Below, piece after piece: positions 1 through 13,909 of a stretch of 64,000 nucleotides of DNA. The DNA lies in NCBI GenBank assembly GCA_051294375.1, contig CM119266.1, positions 20,966,840-21,030,839 of the forward strand. The letters are read 5' to 3'. Each line of letters opens with the position of its first letter. Position 1 is the first letter of the stretch. This stretch comes from Paraspadella gotoi (lineage: Eukaryota > Animalia > Chaetognatha). A program made the translations under genes and the position numbers. Below the pieces are notes generated by a model. That model saw nothing but the letters and a program-made list of their open reading frames with translations. It made no database searches and was not told the DNA's origin.

Positions 1-1456
1 GTCGTCGCTGGACGCGTTTCCCCGAGTTATTCAATGCCACACGCGACGTTAATGAAGGAAGCATATTTTACAGTAAGATTTAAAAAAAAGAAATAAACCA
101 ATAAGTTTGATTAAAAAAAAACCAATTAAGAAAACAAAAACTGAGTTAATGGGAGAAGAATCTGCAAACAAAACGGTTGTTGGCTGAATTTTATATTTAA
201 TTTTTTAATGGTTTTCAAAATTTTTTTATTATTTTTTAGGCTAATTGACACGACTTCCTTCAAACGCCTCTTGCACGCTATTTTCGCTTTCTCACCCTGC
301 TCGCTTCGTTCTTCCGTACTTATCACTCTTGTTCATCTTCAAAACCTTTGCTCAATTTCTCCTAAGATCTACGAACAACTCATTACGAGTCCTCGTGTCT
401 TGTAGAAGACAATGCGCCTTCCCTTTTCGTCTTATTTTTTTTTTAAATTGAATACCTTCTTCCTCTTACAAACATTTACTTTCACTCTGCCACGCCGATA
501 AATATCTTACTTTTCTCCAATATTTTTAGCATGAAATTAATTAGCTTAACCCTGATGATCATGATGACCAGATAAGGAGAATTACCGGGATTTCGAGCTC
601 TTTCTGGACTAAATTAAAAACTCGTATGAAGTAGTAATACTTAATATTTTTTTCAAAAAATTGTATCAATATAAAAAAAATGTTTGGAATCAATTTCTTT
701 CATCGCAATTATAATTGGCACTATTCTCTCTCACTGAATGCTTTTGCAACTGCGCCTTGTTGAAATGAGCCTTGTGCTGCATTGATGTGTTCAGTTAAGT
801 GCACCATAGTCACTGCGGCGAAACACCTTGAAATTGACAGTTCTTGTTAAAAAAAATAATAGTATAACTCAGTTTTTCATTTTAGTAATGTGAGTTAGTA
901 AACATCATATTTCGAAGTATTTTAAGTAAAATATTTAGTTTTCGGAAAATTTTAGTTAATAAATTTAAGAGTTTTATAATAAAATATATAAGTTAGTTTA
1001 AATTAAAATCTTTATACGTATTGAATATTATTTTGTATATAATTTTAAAATCTAATTTTTTTAAAACTTTAGATATTAAAATTTAATTAAAGGTAGTTCC
1101 TTAAAGAATCACTAATTATTTATGAATTTGTAATCAAGCTTTATATTTGGAAAGCTCGACGGTAGGCGGGGCGTTGGCTGCGTAAAGTTCAGAGAAATTA
1201 TTATAAAATTTAATTTTCTCATGTAAATCGATGAATAGTATTTAAAAATTCTTCATGATTAAGTGATTGCTATATGTTTGGCAAGAAATATTAATCCTGT
1301 TTCCATTGAACGTGAATATTTTTTGATGTCGCGAATTAAAAAGCGTAATGCGGTCCTTTAAGAACGGGAGACGTTCATTATGACTGGGATTCGATTTTCG
1401 CCTCCTATTCTTCCTATGGGAGGAGGAAGAGGAAGATGAACAGACCAACGTCGGAC

Positions 1457-1572
<116 letters not shown>

Positions 1573-2944
1573 TGCTCGATAAAATCAATGAAATACAAAA
1601 AAAAATTTAACCTTTACACTTGAAATAAAGAACCACACACTCAAGTTACTTTATAACCGAATTATTCATATTTAAAATGTAAATCTTTACATGTAAAGAG
1701 GGAAAGACCGATATAGGAGGAAGCGGATCCCAGACCGGGCCCGACTTCCCGGTCAAGCGGGAAGAACTTAATGAATGCGCCAAGGACCGGAATATGGTAA
1801 AAAAAAATATTAAATTTTAAAACGACGACATTATTTTAAAAAAAAAAGACATATTTTCCCAGCTGCTACAGTTGTTCGATAGTGAAGATCAATAAATCAT
1901 TGTTCAAAAAAATGAAGTATCATTTTTTATTAAAACATTATATCGCGGCAATGTGAACATAAGACGGCTTTAGGTAGGATTCTTTGACAGATCTTCCTAC
2001 ATTAGGGAAAGAGGAGGTTATGACTGATTGGACACTAAACACTGTGACAAGTATTAAAGTTTGTCATGGACGTAAAAACTACGTAATGTTCGTCTATATT
2101 TAAAATATAGATTTAAAAACTTAAAATTCCATGTGGTACGATAAATCGTTTTAGTATTACGTATACAACTGGGACAAGACAAATACTATTTTGGTTTTGG
2201 TTTTAGTTATATCATTATTTTTTAATTCAAAAGAATATTTGGTCATAATTTAGCAACAACTATAACGAAAATTTGCTTTCAAGACATTAAGAATCCAGGT
2301 TTTAAATCATTTTTTTCCCTAACCGTTATTTTTCTTTTACAATAAATTTCAAGTCTTTCCTTCTGTCAGCTAATTCTTTCGGTTCCTCCTCATCTTTCTT
2401 GACTGTGATATTTTATACGCGAGCGAATTTTGACTGATAAAAATATTTTTTTTTTTAAATCGATTTAAATTCCGGGCATCGAATGGAAGTCGTGGCGGCT
2501 CATGGAGTTTGCCCCCCGACCGGGGCGCCGACTACGAGAGGTCAGAAAAAGAAAGAACAAAACAAAAGAACGATAAAAATAAAGAACAAAACAAAAGAAC
2601 GGTAAAAACGCCCTTACAAGCGAGACGGACCAATCGACTCCCAACTCAATTTAAATTAAAAAAAAAAAATCTTCATCAATTTTTTTTTTAATTCTTCAAT
2701 TACTGTAATCGACTAGACTGTGGAGAGTTCTGTTCGTGTGCTGCCAGTGTCATCTTGACCCTCTGGGCACAGCAGCACGAAACGTGCGAAGCGAGCGAAG
2801 CAGGGTAGCTGAATAGGGGGGGAGTGCTTGGTGGCAGATGCTCGAATTGTAATCGAAATGTAGCTCTCCCAGTTAGTGTATGAAACTAAGAAATCGAAAG
2901 AGGCTGGTTAAAATAACAACGACCGTGTCCTTTAGCGTAAGTGT

Positions 2945-3078
<134 letters not shown>

Positions 3079-4323
3079 AAAAACGAGCGGGCGAGAGCAA
3101 GCGATAGCGACGAAGAAAAAGAGCGGCAGACTTATAGGACACTGAACTCGAAATGGCCAGCTCGCTCGCGGGAGTGGAAGGGGAAAAAAAGAGCTCCCGT
3201 AAAAAATCGCTGAGACCGGGAAAAACGAGAAATTCGAAGAAGAGGCGGGCAGACGAGGAAGGGTTCGGACGGCCCGGGTCCGAATGCCCGGCCGACCGTC
3301 GCTCGTCGGAACAATATCGTCGAGATTAGGAGACGGCATATTTTTTTCGTTTTTCGCGAGGATTCGCTCCGTCGAATCTCGATACGCGAAAAAAAATCGT
3401 GGTTATCGCTTCACGTTAAAAGTCGCGCTAAAAGTTATAACGTTTATCAGTTTATTTCGGTCGCGGAGAGAGTGAGAGAGAGAGAGAGAGACAGAGGACA
3501 TGAAAAAAGATTATACGCGACCCGAGTCCGGGATCTCTCCCTGTCGAGGTCGCCGTGACACTGGCGATGTTACTTTGTTTCCTCATTCTTTCATTCGCGC
3601 TTTTCCGGACCTGCCCGTTACACGTCGCTGGCGTATTTTGTTCCTCTTCTCTTTTTCCTTTTTTCCGTCTCAATTTTATTTATTTTTTTAAAATAATTGT
3701 TGATTCCTTTCGTTCCTGTTTGGTATTCGATAAGAATTTGATGAGTTGATTTTTACGATATAGACGTAAATTAACCGGTCGGTTTTTTTATTTCTAAAAT
3801 TAGAATTTTAAAAGAATAAGGTCATTTCTAGGTTTTCACTCAAAAGTTTTGAACTTTTAACAAAATCAAAATTTATTGTTAGGCCGGTTCTTAGAAATTA
3901 ACCGATTAGGACAACAAATATATGATCTATTTCTGTATAAATAATATATAAGTATATTTCTTATTGATTTAATTCCCAAACAGGAATTGTGTTAGTTAAG
4001 AAGATGAAGCTTGTCTTATTCGCTTGAACCGGAAGGAAGCGGTATAGAAAGGGTCTTAAGGTCAAAACGGTATCGTTTTGTGTCATCCATTAATACAACA
4101 AAATTCGTAATCCTTATTGTCAGTCATTAAGTTCGTAATCAGAAAAACTCATTAAATTTGTTTGATAAAAGTCAAAGGTTGTAGGATTGATGTCTTGTTG
4201 GGAAAGATCTTTTTTAAAGTGTCCTTTATTCTTTTTTATGCACGATCAGTTGGGTGTTCGCTAAATTTCTAAGCGCCACAAATATTTGTCCTATAAGAGA
4301 GAGAGAGACAGAGAGTGAGAGAA

Positions 4324-4354
<31 letters not shown>

Positions 4355-5424
4355 AAAAATAAATATGAAAAAGCAGCTGAACAACAGGTTGATTTAAAGA
4401 ATAATTGATTGCCAAGAAGTTAACTGATTGATTCATTGATTGATCCGTAAATTCGCTGGAAATTTATTTATAAAGCGTTTGATTAGTTTTTTAACTTATT
4501 TTTTTGTTAAATCAAATATATTTTATTGTTTAACATATATATGACTTGACTTGATTTGACTGGGAGGTTCATTTGTTCCGCTTCGCAACGACATGATTTT
4601 TTTTTTCTAATTTTTTTTCTTCTAACATTCGCCGCGCCGTCTGCTTAAACCAGAGCATTCTGAAAGAAAAGAACAAGGATCAATCCGCCGGGTCGGTTTT
4701 AAGTCTAAACAGAGCAGCGAAGCTGCAGTGAGAGCTGAGAGGATCAGGCGATGATTCAGTGACGTAGGCTCATGAGGAGCTCGTGAACGAGACGAAGAAA
4801 TCAACGTGGAAATTGCCTTGGAGAAGGGGAAAAAAAATAATTACCTCGACTTGAATTTCGATTCGAATGTTGTTCTGCTCTTGAGATTAAGAGACGATAG
4901 GTTATTCCGGAGCGAACGGTCAAGTTTTCCGAGTTGTAGATCTCATATTTTTCGGTTCCGGGCGATGGTTGATCGACGGGAAAGAAAGGGAGGCAGGGAT
5001 AACTAAAAATCTCTTAAATCAAAAGATTTGTCCGAGCAATCGCTCACGTCTGATTTGTATTGTAAAACGACATGGGTCGTCTCCACGATCACGTCTCATT
5101 TTTTTCAGATTTCACTACTTATTTCCGCTTCACCCATTGAGTTTATAAACTTACCTCCGGAGAATGGAATAACATCGCAGCGAAGCAGTGACTTCGATTT
5201 TTTGTTTGTTTATTTAAATCTTTTGAAAAAAAAAAGAAAAACAAGAAGAGAGAACCTCACGAACTTAAAAAAACTTTAGGCTGTGATCTCAGTAAACAAA
5301 TATAAGAAAAGCAAACCCAAGAACGAAACAATCATTAAGAACCAATAGTCACCAATCATCCTCATGACTGGCAAGACTTCCAGACAATAAACCTATTAAT
5401 AAACTCTATTTTCGTCACGTTGCT

Positions 5425-8400
5425 ATGACGACGGAGACGACGGCCGAGACGTTGGGCGCCGAGGACGAAGGGACACACCCACCGTCGACAAACACTCTCG
5501 TCCCTCCCGTCGGCGAGGGGTTCGTGTCTCCCACAGGTGATGAAGCATTTGTCGTCGTTGTTGTTGTCTGCAATTTTTGTTTTCTATTGTTGTTGTTGTC
5601 GTAATGATGGTAATCATTGTCGCTTTGCCGTCATCGTCGTCGTCAACATCGTATGAAGTAAATCAATTTTTTGGGAGGGCCAAGTTATTTTTGTTTGTTT
5701 GAATCATTACCTCCAACCATAAACAGACTTCGTCTTCATATCATCGAAAATTACACCTGTGCACGAGATATCTATTAAACAATTTTTCATTTATCTGAAA
5801 TATATTACAGGTCCACCATCGTCTGTAACGAGTTCTCACCATCTGTTGCTCAACGAAAATCGGGACAGAAATCTCGACGACGACGATGCCGGCGCTGGTG
5901 CGTGAAGGCGTTGACCAATATTTCGTTAAAATTTATTTAATTTGTTTAATCAATGTCTTTCAGAGGTTATGGGTATTGACAAGTCCCTGGACATGTCGTT
6001 CGACGATTTGGACGGACCGGAGGTAAGCAATGAGAATTGGGGGGGTGAAAAAATAAACCAAGCCCCTATCGGCCTTATTTTCGCTGAACGCCCAATTTTA
6101 TTTAAAATACGAAATTGGATTAATTTTTGTTTAAAAGAAAGACAAAATAAAGCAAAAAAAAAAAAAAAAAAAGAAATGGGGCACTCTCGGAAGAGAGAGC
6201 CCAATTTTCTATCTATCATCGTCCCTTCGCTTCCCCATTTTTCTCGACAGGTGCGCTTCGTTTCCGGCGGCGACGTGGAGGCGCGACGGAAGAAGAAGAA
6301 CCTGACGACCTGCGGATTCGGCTCCTGTCGTCCGCGAAGATGTTGGCGCCTCGCCAACGCAAAGACGCTTTTGGTGGCGCTGTCGGCGTTTGCCTTCATT
6401 CAAGGTCGTTCTCTCGTTTTAGTGGCTTAGTTGCGTTTTTAATTTGGTTGGGTTCATCTTTGGCAATTGTAGTTATAGGAGAGGGTGGGATAAACGACTA
6501 ACACGAGGGACTGCGTCTTCAACAGTCAACTAAATCACATTGTCCACAATGACTACACCCACGCAACAATATCGACAAAAATATGAAGATTAGATTTTTC
6601 TTTTGTCAATTGCATTCTTACCTAAATTAGGTAACGATAAAACAACAAAAACAATCCCAACTACATCAACAACCAACAGAAGGCGCTTCGATCGCAATCA
6701 CGACATAGAAAACTCCGCCGCGACAATGACAACCGAATCACAAAGTTTTTTTTTCAATTTCCGTCCCACAGGCTTGATCTTCCACGGTTTCATCAAAGTG
6801 TTCATCACTTCCCTCGAGCGCCGGTTCCAACTGTCCTCCTCTCAGTCGGGCTTCATCGCCGCTTCCTACGACATCGCCTCTTTCCCCGTCGCGTTGCCGC
6901 TCTCTTTTCTCGGGGGTGAGGCATATCACGTGACTCCGTCACGATCCAATTCATTGGGATCATTTGGTGGAAATAAGTCGATGAAAGTTTTACGAAAACG
7001 ACGACCCCGTTTGGTCACGTTCTGAAATGATTTTCATTTAAGGGAGATTGAAAACTCGCAGGGTCTTGCTATCTCATTATCTCCTAACAAGGTTGCGGGG
7101 GTTAAACCTGTCCAAATCTTGAAGGAAAGATAGCATATTTATTGAAAGAATGGATAATTTTCATATTGATTGTTCCAATATCATAGTGTTTCCCTTATAT
7201 AACCGCTTTTTTGTTCGCCTTTCAGGCTTCGGCAACAAACCCGTTTATGTGGGCGTGGCCGCGGCTTCTCTCGGTCTCGGCTCCTTCATCTTCTCCTTCC
7301 CTCACTTCGCCACCGGAAATTACGAGTTCGGCGAATCCCTCGGCGTCGACTTTTGTCAGGTGATAAAAAAAGTCTTGGGCCTGATTCGTCAACATGACGA
7401 TTGTCTTCAACTAAAGACGATTATTATCCTGACAAGTAATGTGAATGTGTAACGTCAGGAAGTAGTGCAAGTATAAAGTAAGTTGCGTAAGCGGGGATAT
7501 GTTTTGAAAGGGGTAAAAAAAAATTGTATCCAAAGAGTTGTGAAAACTGAAAAAAAAGATTAAATTTAACATTTTATCATTCATCAATCTTTATTATCTG
7601 AAAGAATTTTGCTTTGTTTCCCTTTCTGCTTTCCGACAGTTGGGGCTCGAAACACCCTCAACCACTACCAACATCTCGTCCGCGAATCTTGCCTGCAGCG
7701 ACCTTAACTCTCTCTCCCAAAGCCTCTCCCACTTTATGTGGGTCTTCATCCTAGCTCAGTTTTTCTTGGGCTGCGGCGGTTCCGTTCTTTACACCGTCGG
7801 AATGGCATTTTTAGGTCAAACATTGTAACGTTAAAACTCATTTATCCCACTCATTTATCATTGAACTTAAAAAAAACTTTGCCACGTTTTTAACCCAGAC
7901 GAAAACGTTTCCAGTCAAGACTCTCCAGTTTACCTCGCTATATTTTTGGCCTTTTCGACCTTGGGCCCAGTTGTGGGATACTTTGCCAGCGGCCAATTAC
8001 TAAAGGTAAAGAAGACGATTAAAAGTTTCGAGTGCTACGTTATGAATTATGCTTGAAATTGTTTCAAACTACAGTATTACGTTGATTTGGATACTGTGGA
8101 TTTGTCTGAGTTGAGTATCGATCCGGAAGATCCTCGATGGGTCGGCGCTTGGTGGATCGGATTCATTCTCGCCGGTCAGACTCGTATATCAATTTAACTA
8201 TTGTTTCTTTAAATAATTCATTATTTTGTTTTTTTATTTTCCAGGCTGCTTATCCCTGTTGCTCGCGTTCCCACTGGCTGCCTTTCCCCGTCAGCTTCCT
8301 GGCCACAAAGCGATTCAGGCTCGTCGAGTTCAAGAGACTCATTCCAGCGTCAACAACGACGTTGAAAGCATCAAATCCATCAGAGATTTACCAAGGTTAA

Positions 8401-9475
8401 AAAAAATTAAGTCAGGGGCAAGATAGCTTATTTATTAAATAAATGAATTATTTATATATTTTATAATATTTAGCTCCTTGTATTCTGATGCTGGGCAGAG
8501 TACAATATACTATTCCCCAGTATTATTTGCTGTGTTTATTGTCTAAGCGACATCCAAAAAAGTTAAAAGAGCAATTGAGTCAGTTTTTATTTTAAAAAAA
8601 TGTCTGTGAAACAATGGTAAAATGGAAACAATCGCGCAGCGCTAAACGCGGCATCTCTGGAGGGGGCTTTCCTTACGTTGACCTATTCGGGCGAGAGCCG
8701 AGCTGATCTTATTACCCAGCTATTCATCCCTTCAAGGATCAGTTAGGTAAGGAACTAAGGAGTAACATCGCAGAGACACAGGTTTCCGGTTACGGAAGGT
8801 TAAGTTTCTCTTTTTATCTAGAGAGCTTTCTGCCCCACCCAAAATTTTGGTTGACTTGGATACTTATCAAGCCTTTGGTCCAATTAGTTTGGACATGAAA
8901 GGACCGTGTTTTGAGAATGTTTGCTTATTGATAAGTCAGTTAGCCGGCATTCAATCGATCAGTTTACATGTTTCAACGAGAGATTTAACTTTTATCAAAA
9001 ATTTAGCGATTAGTTGGTATACGACAAGATGTAAATGAGAATAGAGAAATTAAATGGTTAATTTGTAATTGTTTCATGTTTTCCTTTTTGTCTTTTTTAG
9101 TCTGTTTAGATTTAGATTCCGACTCTATAATTAAAATTTCAATTGAGCACCTGCTCAAATGAAAATTTTAACATTTTCTAAAGATTAGCAAAAATTTTTT
9201 AGCATGAAATTATACATATATATTAATTTTTTAATATATATTTATAGATAGGAAAGGCTCAAATTTTTATTTTGATCATAAGTGGGTGAAAAATAAGAAA
9301 AACCGTTAAAAATTATTATTATCATCATCATCTTTCGATAATTTTGCTTATCGGCAGATTCCGACTCTATAATTCAATTTGTCGGTCCGTCGGTCCCACC
9401 CCTAAATCTTGTTGGTAAATCATTTTTATCACATCAGAACATCATATTATGCTAAATTAAGCAAGAAAAGATGGA

Positions 9476-9511
<36 letters not shown>

Positions 9512-9931
9512 CCCCTTTAGCAAAAAAATCCAATTCCTCGTGATTGGATGGATGGATTGGAATGAAATTTTGTGTGTGGTTAGAAAAGTGAGTTATTGAG
9601 CTGGATATAAAGTTTCGATGGAATATGGATATGAGTTTACATGGAAAACTTAATTTTAACCCATAATTATTCGAATTAATCCTAATTGGATGGATAGATT
9701 GAAATTAAATTTTGTGTGTGGATAGGAAGGTGTGCGATGAAGCTGGATATAAAGTTTAGATGGAATCGTGCGAGGGGAAATGAGTTTAAATGGAAAAAAC
9801 ATAAGTCACTTTTATTTGAATCTTTTTAATAATTTTAATCCATAATTGATCAAAAACGATACAAGTTGAAAAAATGATGCAAGTTGAAAAAATGATGCAT
9901 GTTGAAAAAATGATGCAAGTTTATTTATTTT

Positions 9932-9968
<37 letters not shown>

Positions 9969-9984
9969 ATTTTTTTTATTATTT

Positions 9985-10060
<76 letters not shown>

Positions 10061-12356
10061 TTGTTTCTTGTTCTTTTATTCTTATTCTTTTTATTCTTTT
10101 ATTTATTCTTGTTTCTTTACAGGGCGACACTTTATTTACTCAAGAATCCTGTCTTTGATTTTGTGGTTCTCGCCCACGCAATGAACATCGGTGTCGCTGC
10201 AGGTACGATATATTCATTATCAAAAAGCATCATTAAAAGTATTTCTCACTGACTCAACGGTTTATATTCGTTACCACAGGAGTATCAACATTCGTCCCGA
10301 AATTCGTTCAGTTTCAGTTCAACAAAACAGCGTCTGAAGCAGCTTTCATCGTGGGAACCGTGGCTGTGCCGGGAGCTGTTGGTGGCCAATTAGTAAGAAT
10401 AATAATGTTTAAATGTTTAATTATATTACTTACCATATATTCTCCGTTTTCCTAATCACAGCTCGGGGCCACCATCGTGAAAAAGCTGAAGCTGAAAATT
10501 CCTGGTGTCCTTAAACTTTCTATTTTGTTCACGATTTTCGCGTGTATCACGACTGTTTTGTTTTTCTTCTCCTGTCCACAAAACGATATGGCCGGCATCT
10601 CCACGCCATATTCCGGTGAGGCCAAGTTAATATACATATACATATTAAGCAGATGATACATTAATCATATCGTGAACGAAGTGATGATATTATTATCTTT
10701 TTTCGTGATCTAGAAAACTCATCCGATTCACCGTCCGGCGTGGGGAGTCCGTGCAACATGAACTGCGCCTGTTCCTCTTCTCAGGTATCAGTATGATCGA
10801 GGGACTACGTGGTGAAATTGGTATTCATTTATTAATTAAGCTATCTTTCTTACGATTTCTCCCATTTCCCACCCCCCCCCCGCTCCTCCCCTCTAAGTTC
10901 GACCCGGTCTGCGGATCCGACGGCGTCGAGTATTTCTCTCCCTGCCACGCGGGATGCCTCCTCCCGCCCTCCAACGCGTCGTCCGCCTACTCAGACTGCG
11001 CCTGCGTCTCTTCCAACGCCTCCCGCGACCCCAACGCCACCGGCGGCGCGGCGACGCCGGGTCGTTGCGACGCCGGTCCCTGCTTGGCGCTCTACGGCAC
11101 CCTCGTCCTCACCTTTCTCTTCCTCGTGTTCCACTTCAGCAACGAACCAACCACGGAATACATGGTCATGCGGTGCATCCCCGAGTCTCAGCGGACCTAC
11201 GGCCTGGGGATCGAGTTCGCCATCATCAGGGTCCTGGGTTCGATCCCTGCGCCGATCGTCTACGGACTCGTCATCGACTCCACGTGCCTCGTCTGGCAGA
11301 ACGATGCGGAGGAGGGATGCGGAGGGGTGAGTTGGTGGGGAGGGAGGGAGGGAGGAGAAGTGGGGGGGGGAGGAAAGAGAATGGGAGATGCATTTAGGGG
11401 TCAGAAGGGGAAAAGGATGAGAGGTTGAAGGGAAATATTGGTGCGAGTAACTGGAAAAGAGAGTGGAGCGGGGAGATATAAGAGGACAACAACAACAACG
11501 ACGACAACTTTAAATAAAGTTTCTTTGTCGGAAATAAAAGCTCACTTGTATTTTATAAATTTACACAAAAAAAAATAAATAAAATGGACTAGTATTTCCC
11601 CACGAAGAATCTCTATTTAAAAACTAACTAACCCGCGCATGCGCACTGCGAAGTCCTTACAACAAACGAACGCAACGATTTTCAGCTCGATGACGCCGGG
11701 AGTTGCTGGTTCTACGACGTTTCCAAACTCGGCGTTCGTCTCTTCCTCGTTACTCTTCTTCCCAAAATTGTGTCGGCGTTTTTCTTCCTCGCCGCGCTCG
11801 CCGTTTATAAGCCGGCCTCATCCAACGAAGCTGATAAAGGAGCAGACGAAAATAGAGTCGAGGTTTGTATTAGTAAATTTGTGAATCAATGTAAAAAAAA
11901 ACTATCTATTCATTTAATAGATAAGCTATCTTGAACCTATCTTTGGACAGGCTATGGTGGGTTTAAAAGATCTTACAAGATAATAACATAGCTTTCACTC
12001 ACAGTCGTGTTTATTCAATCCCAGATTTACTGGCTTTCCTATCAATGAAGTTGTATATTATTTTTATTGTATAATGTTTCAATTGTACTAAAGGACCATT
12101 CCTTGTATGATTCTGTTTGTCTGTTTGTTCAATGTTCATTCGTCCTTCTGTCTGTTTTTAGTCTGTCCTTTTGACTGTCCGTTAGTACGTAGAAGGTAGT
12201 TAAGAAGGTACTTTCATTGTGTTATTGTGACACCAGATACAAATTCTAATCTGCATAAACTTTTGTTTCTCCTCTTCCCGACAGGGCGAGTCAGAGACCA
12301 AGGCCAGACAAGCCCGCCGACGAAAAGCAGAACGGACAAAATCACGTGGGCGTTGA
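5425..12356 (+). CDS. Organic anion transporting polypeptide (OATP/SLCO family, MFS fold, Kazal-like loop), OATP4-like; 17 exons, about 772 aa
   Basis: Hand-spliced GT-AG exons with consistent phases: 5425-5536, 5811-5897, 5964-6022, 6251-6404, 6772-6915, 7226-7359, 7640-7814, 7899-8005, 8075-8174, 8245-8395, 10123-10202, 10280-10392, 10462-10615, 10714-10784, 10898-11326, 11686-11862, 12285-12356 (total 2319 nt). Contains the OATP signature DPRWVGAWWIGF (exon 8075-8174), ITSLERRFQLSSSQSGFIAASYD, the Kazal-like CNMNCAC..FDPVCGSDGVEYFSPCHAGC, GSIPAPIVYGLVIDSTCLVW and GSCWFYD. N-terminal CGFGSCRPRRC resembles OATP4 members. The first three exons and the last exon are less certain. Confidence 0.93.
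9110..9850. mobile_element. Degenerate non-autonomous repeat (DINE/Helentron-like) with (TCTG)n and a tandem ~140-bp duplication, in OATP intron 10
   Basis: agattccgactctataatt occurs twice (about 9116 and 9357); (TCTG)n at about 9477-9511; two related units attggatggat...aaattttgtgtgtgg...gctggatataaagttt..gatggaat at about 9543-9670 and 9685-9850. Family assignment is by general resemblance only. Confidence 0.45.
9852..10060. repeat. 18-bp tandem repeat (four units) followed by (TTTA)n
   Basis: gttgaaaaaatgatgcaa units, then a long tttatttattta run just upstream of OATP exon 11. Confidence 0.8.
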
Positions 12357-12584
12357 TAAGGGGGAAAATGGGCGGGAGGAGGAGAAGGAGAAGAAAGAGA
12401 GGGCGGGGGAATCGGAGAGAGAGGGCGGGAGGGCGGAGGAGAGTGCAGAGGAGACGGAGGAGAGGGGAGAGGAGGCGGGAGAGAAGGAGCCGATGATTTG
12501 GAAGGAGGAAGGAAAAGTAGGAATGGAAGCGATAGAGGAAGGAGAAGAGGAAAACAGCGAGGAGGAGAGAAGCAAATCAAAGTG

Positions 12585-12695
<111 letters not shown>

Positions 12696-13909
12696 CAATA
12701 TTTTCTCATTCCGCTAGACGATTATATGCTGAGAAAACCGCGGGGTCTGGCTACTCCTAAAAGTTAGACTTAATTACGCGTTTCACGTTGGTTCATTTTT
12801 AAAAAAAGACGTATTGTTTTCGTATGTTTTTGTCGCTTTGAGACAATACATTTTTTTTGTGGCGAAAAAAAAAATCATTTTTGCATTTTACACCAGATTC
12901 ATTGGTGCGATTTTCGTTCACCGCGTCGTTAATGTTTCACTGCAAAGGGCGATCCAGTTTACTCTTTGTTTCCAAAACAATTTTACCTTTTCTTTTTTTA
13001 TATTTTCTGCTGGGATTCACGAGGTTTTTATTTTTCGTGACACTTGCCAAAGGTAGCTAAAGGTGTGTTAGAATCATTACGTAGACGTAATGTTATTATC
13101 ATTTTTTTTCGACTCGCGGTTTGTGTTTATTTTTATGAAGAATCTGCTGATATTTTGATATTATAATTCAGTACGCATGAATCTCATGTTATGAAGCTTC
13201 GAACGAATCTTGAATCTTGTATTTTTTTAATGTTCTCAGTTTCAGTTTCCTTGCCCTCCGAATTTGCTCGTTTTAAACACTTATATTTACTCCCCTGTAC
13301 CAACAAACTCGTCATTATTATTACATTACATACTATTGAGAAAAAAAACAATACTAATTCGGTTCAAATTGAATGGCAAGTAAAGTAGTAAATTCAAAAT
13401 ATTTCGTATCATCGCTACTACTAGAGAAGCCTTCCTTTTTTCCTATATTTTATACATAGTGGAGTTCGGTTTTAACGAAAACATCCAAAGGCTTAAAATT
13501 ACATTATCGATGGATAAGTTTATCAACTTCTTCTGTAATCTCGATATAAACGAACTTCATCATATAGTTTGAATCGATAATTTGTCATTATCATTACGAA
13601 TTTAAATCGAAAACGATTTCTGTGCCAACAATAAAAACATGTTAAGAATCAAAAACCGTTTTTTTATTATAAAAAAATGAAATGCCAGAAAATAGAATAG
13701 AATAGAAAATAGATGAGGATAGAATTTTGCAGATTTTTAGTGAAACTTTTTTTTCCAAACAGCAAAAGTATTGACAGTAGTTTAGCAATTAAGTAGTCCT
13801 TCTGAAGGAAGCGATCCATTCAAGGCCCTTTCCGTCTCTCTTTTTTTTTTTCCCTTTAAATTATTCAAAAATTAGTCAGCTTAAGGCATCATTAACACTC
13901 ACCTGGACG

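Noticed and set aside
240-850. Coding-looking minus-strand patches
   Set aside because: Frames are interrupted by stops, and I found no consistent splice model or recognisable motif; possibly decayed transposon sequence, but unsupported.
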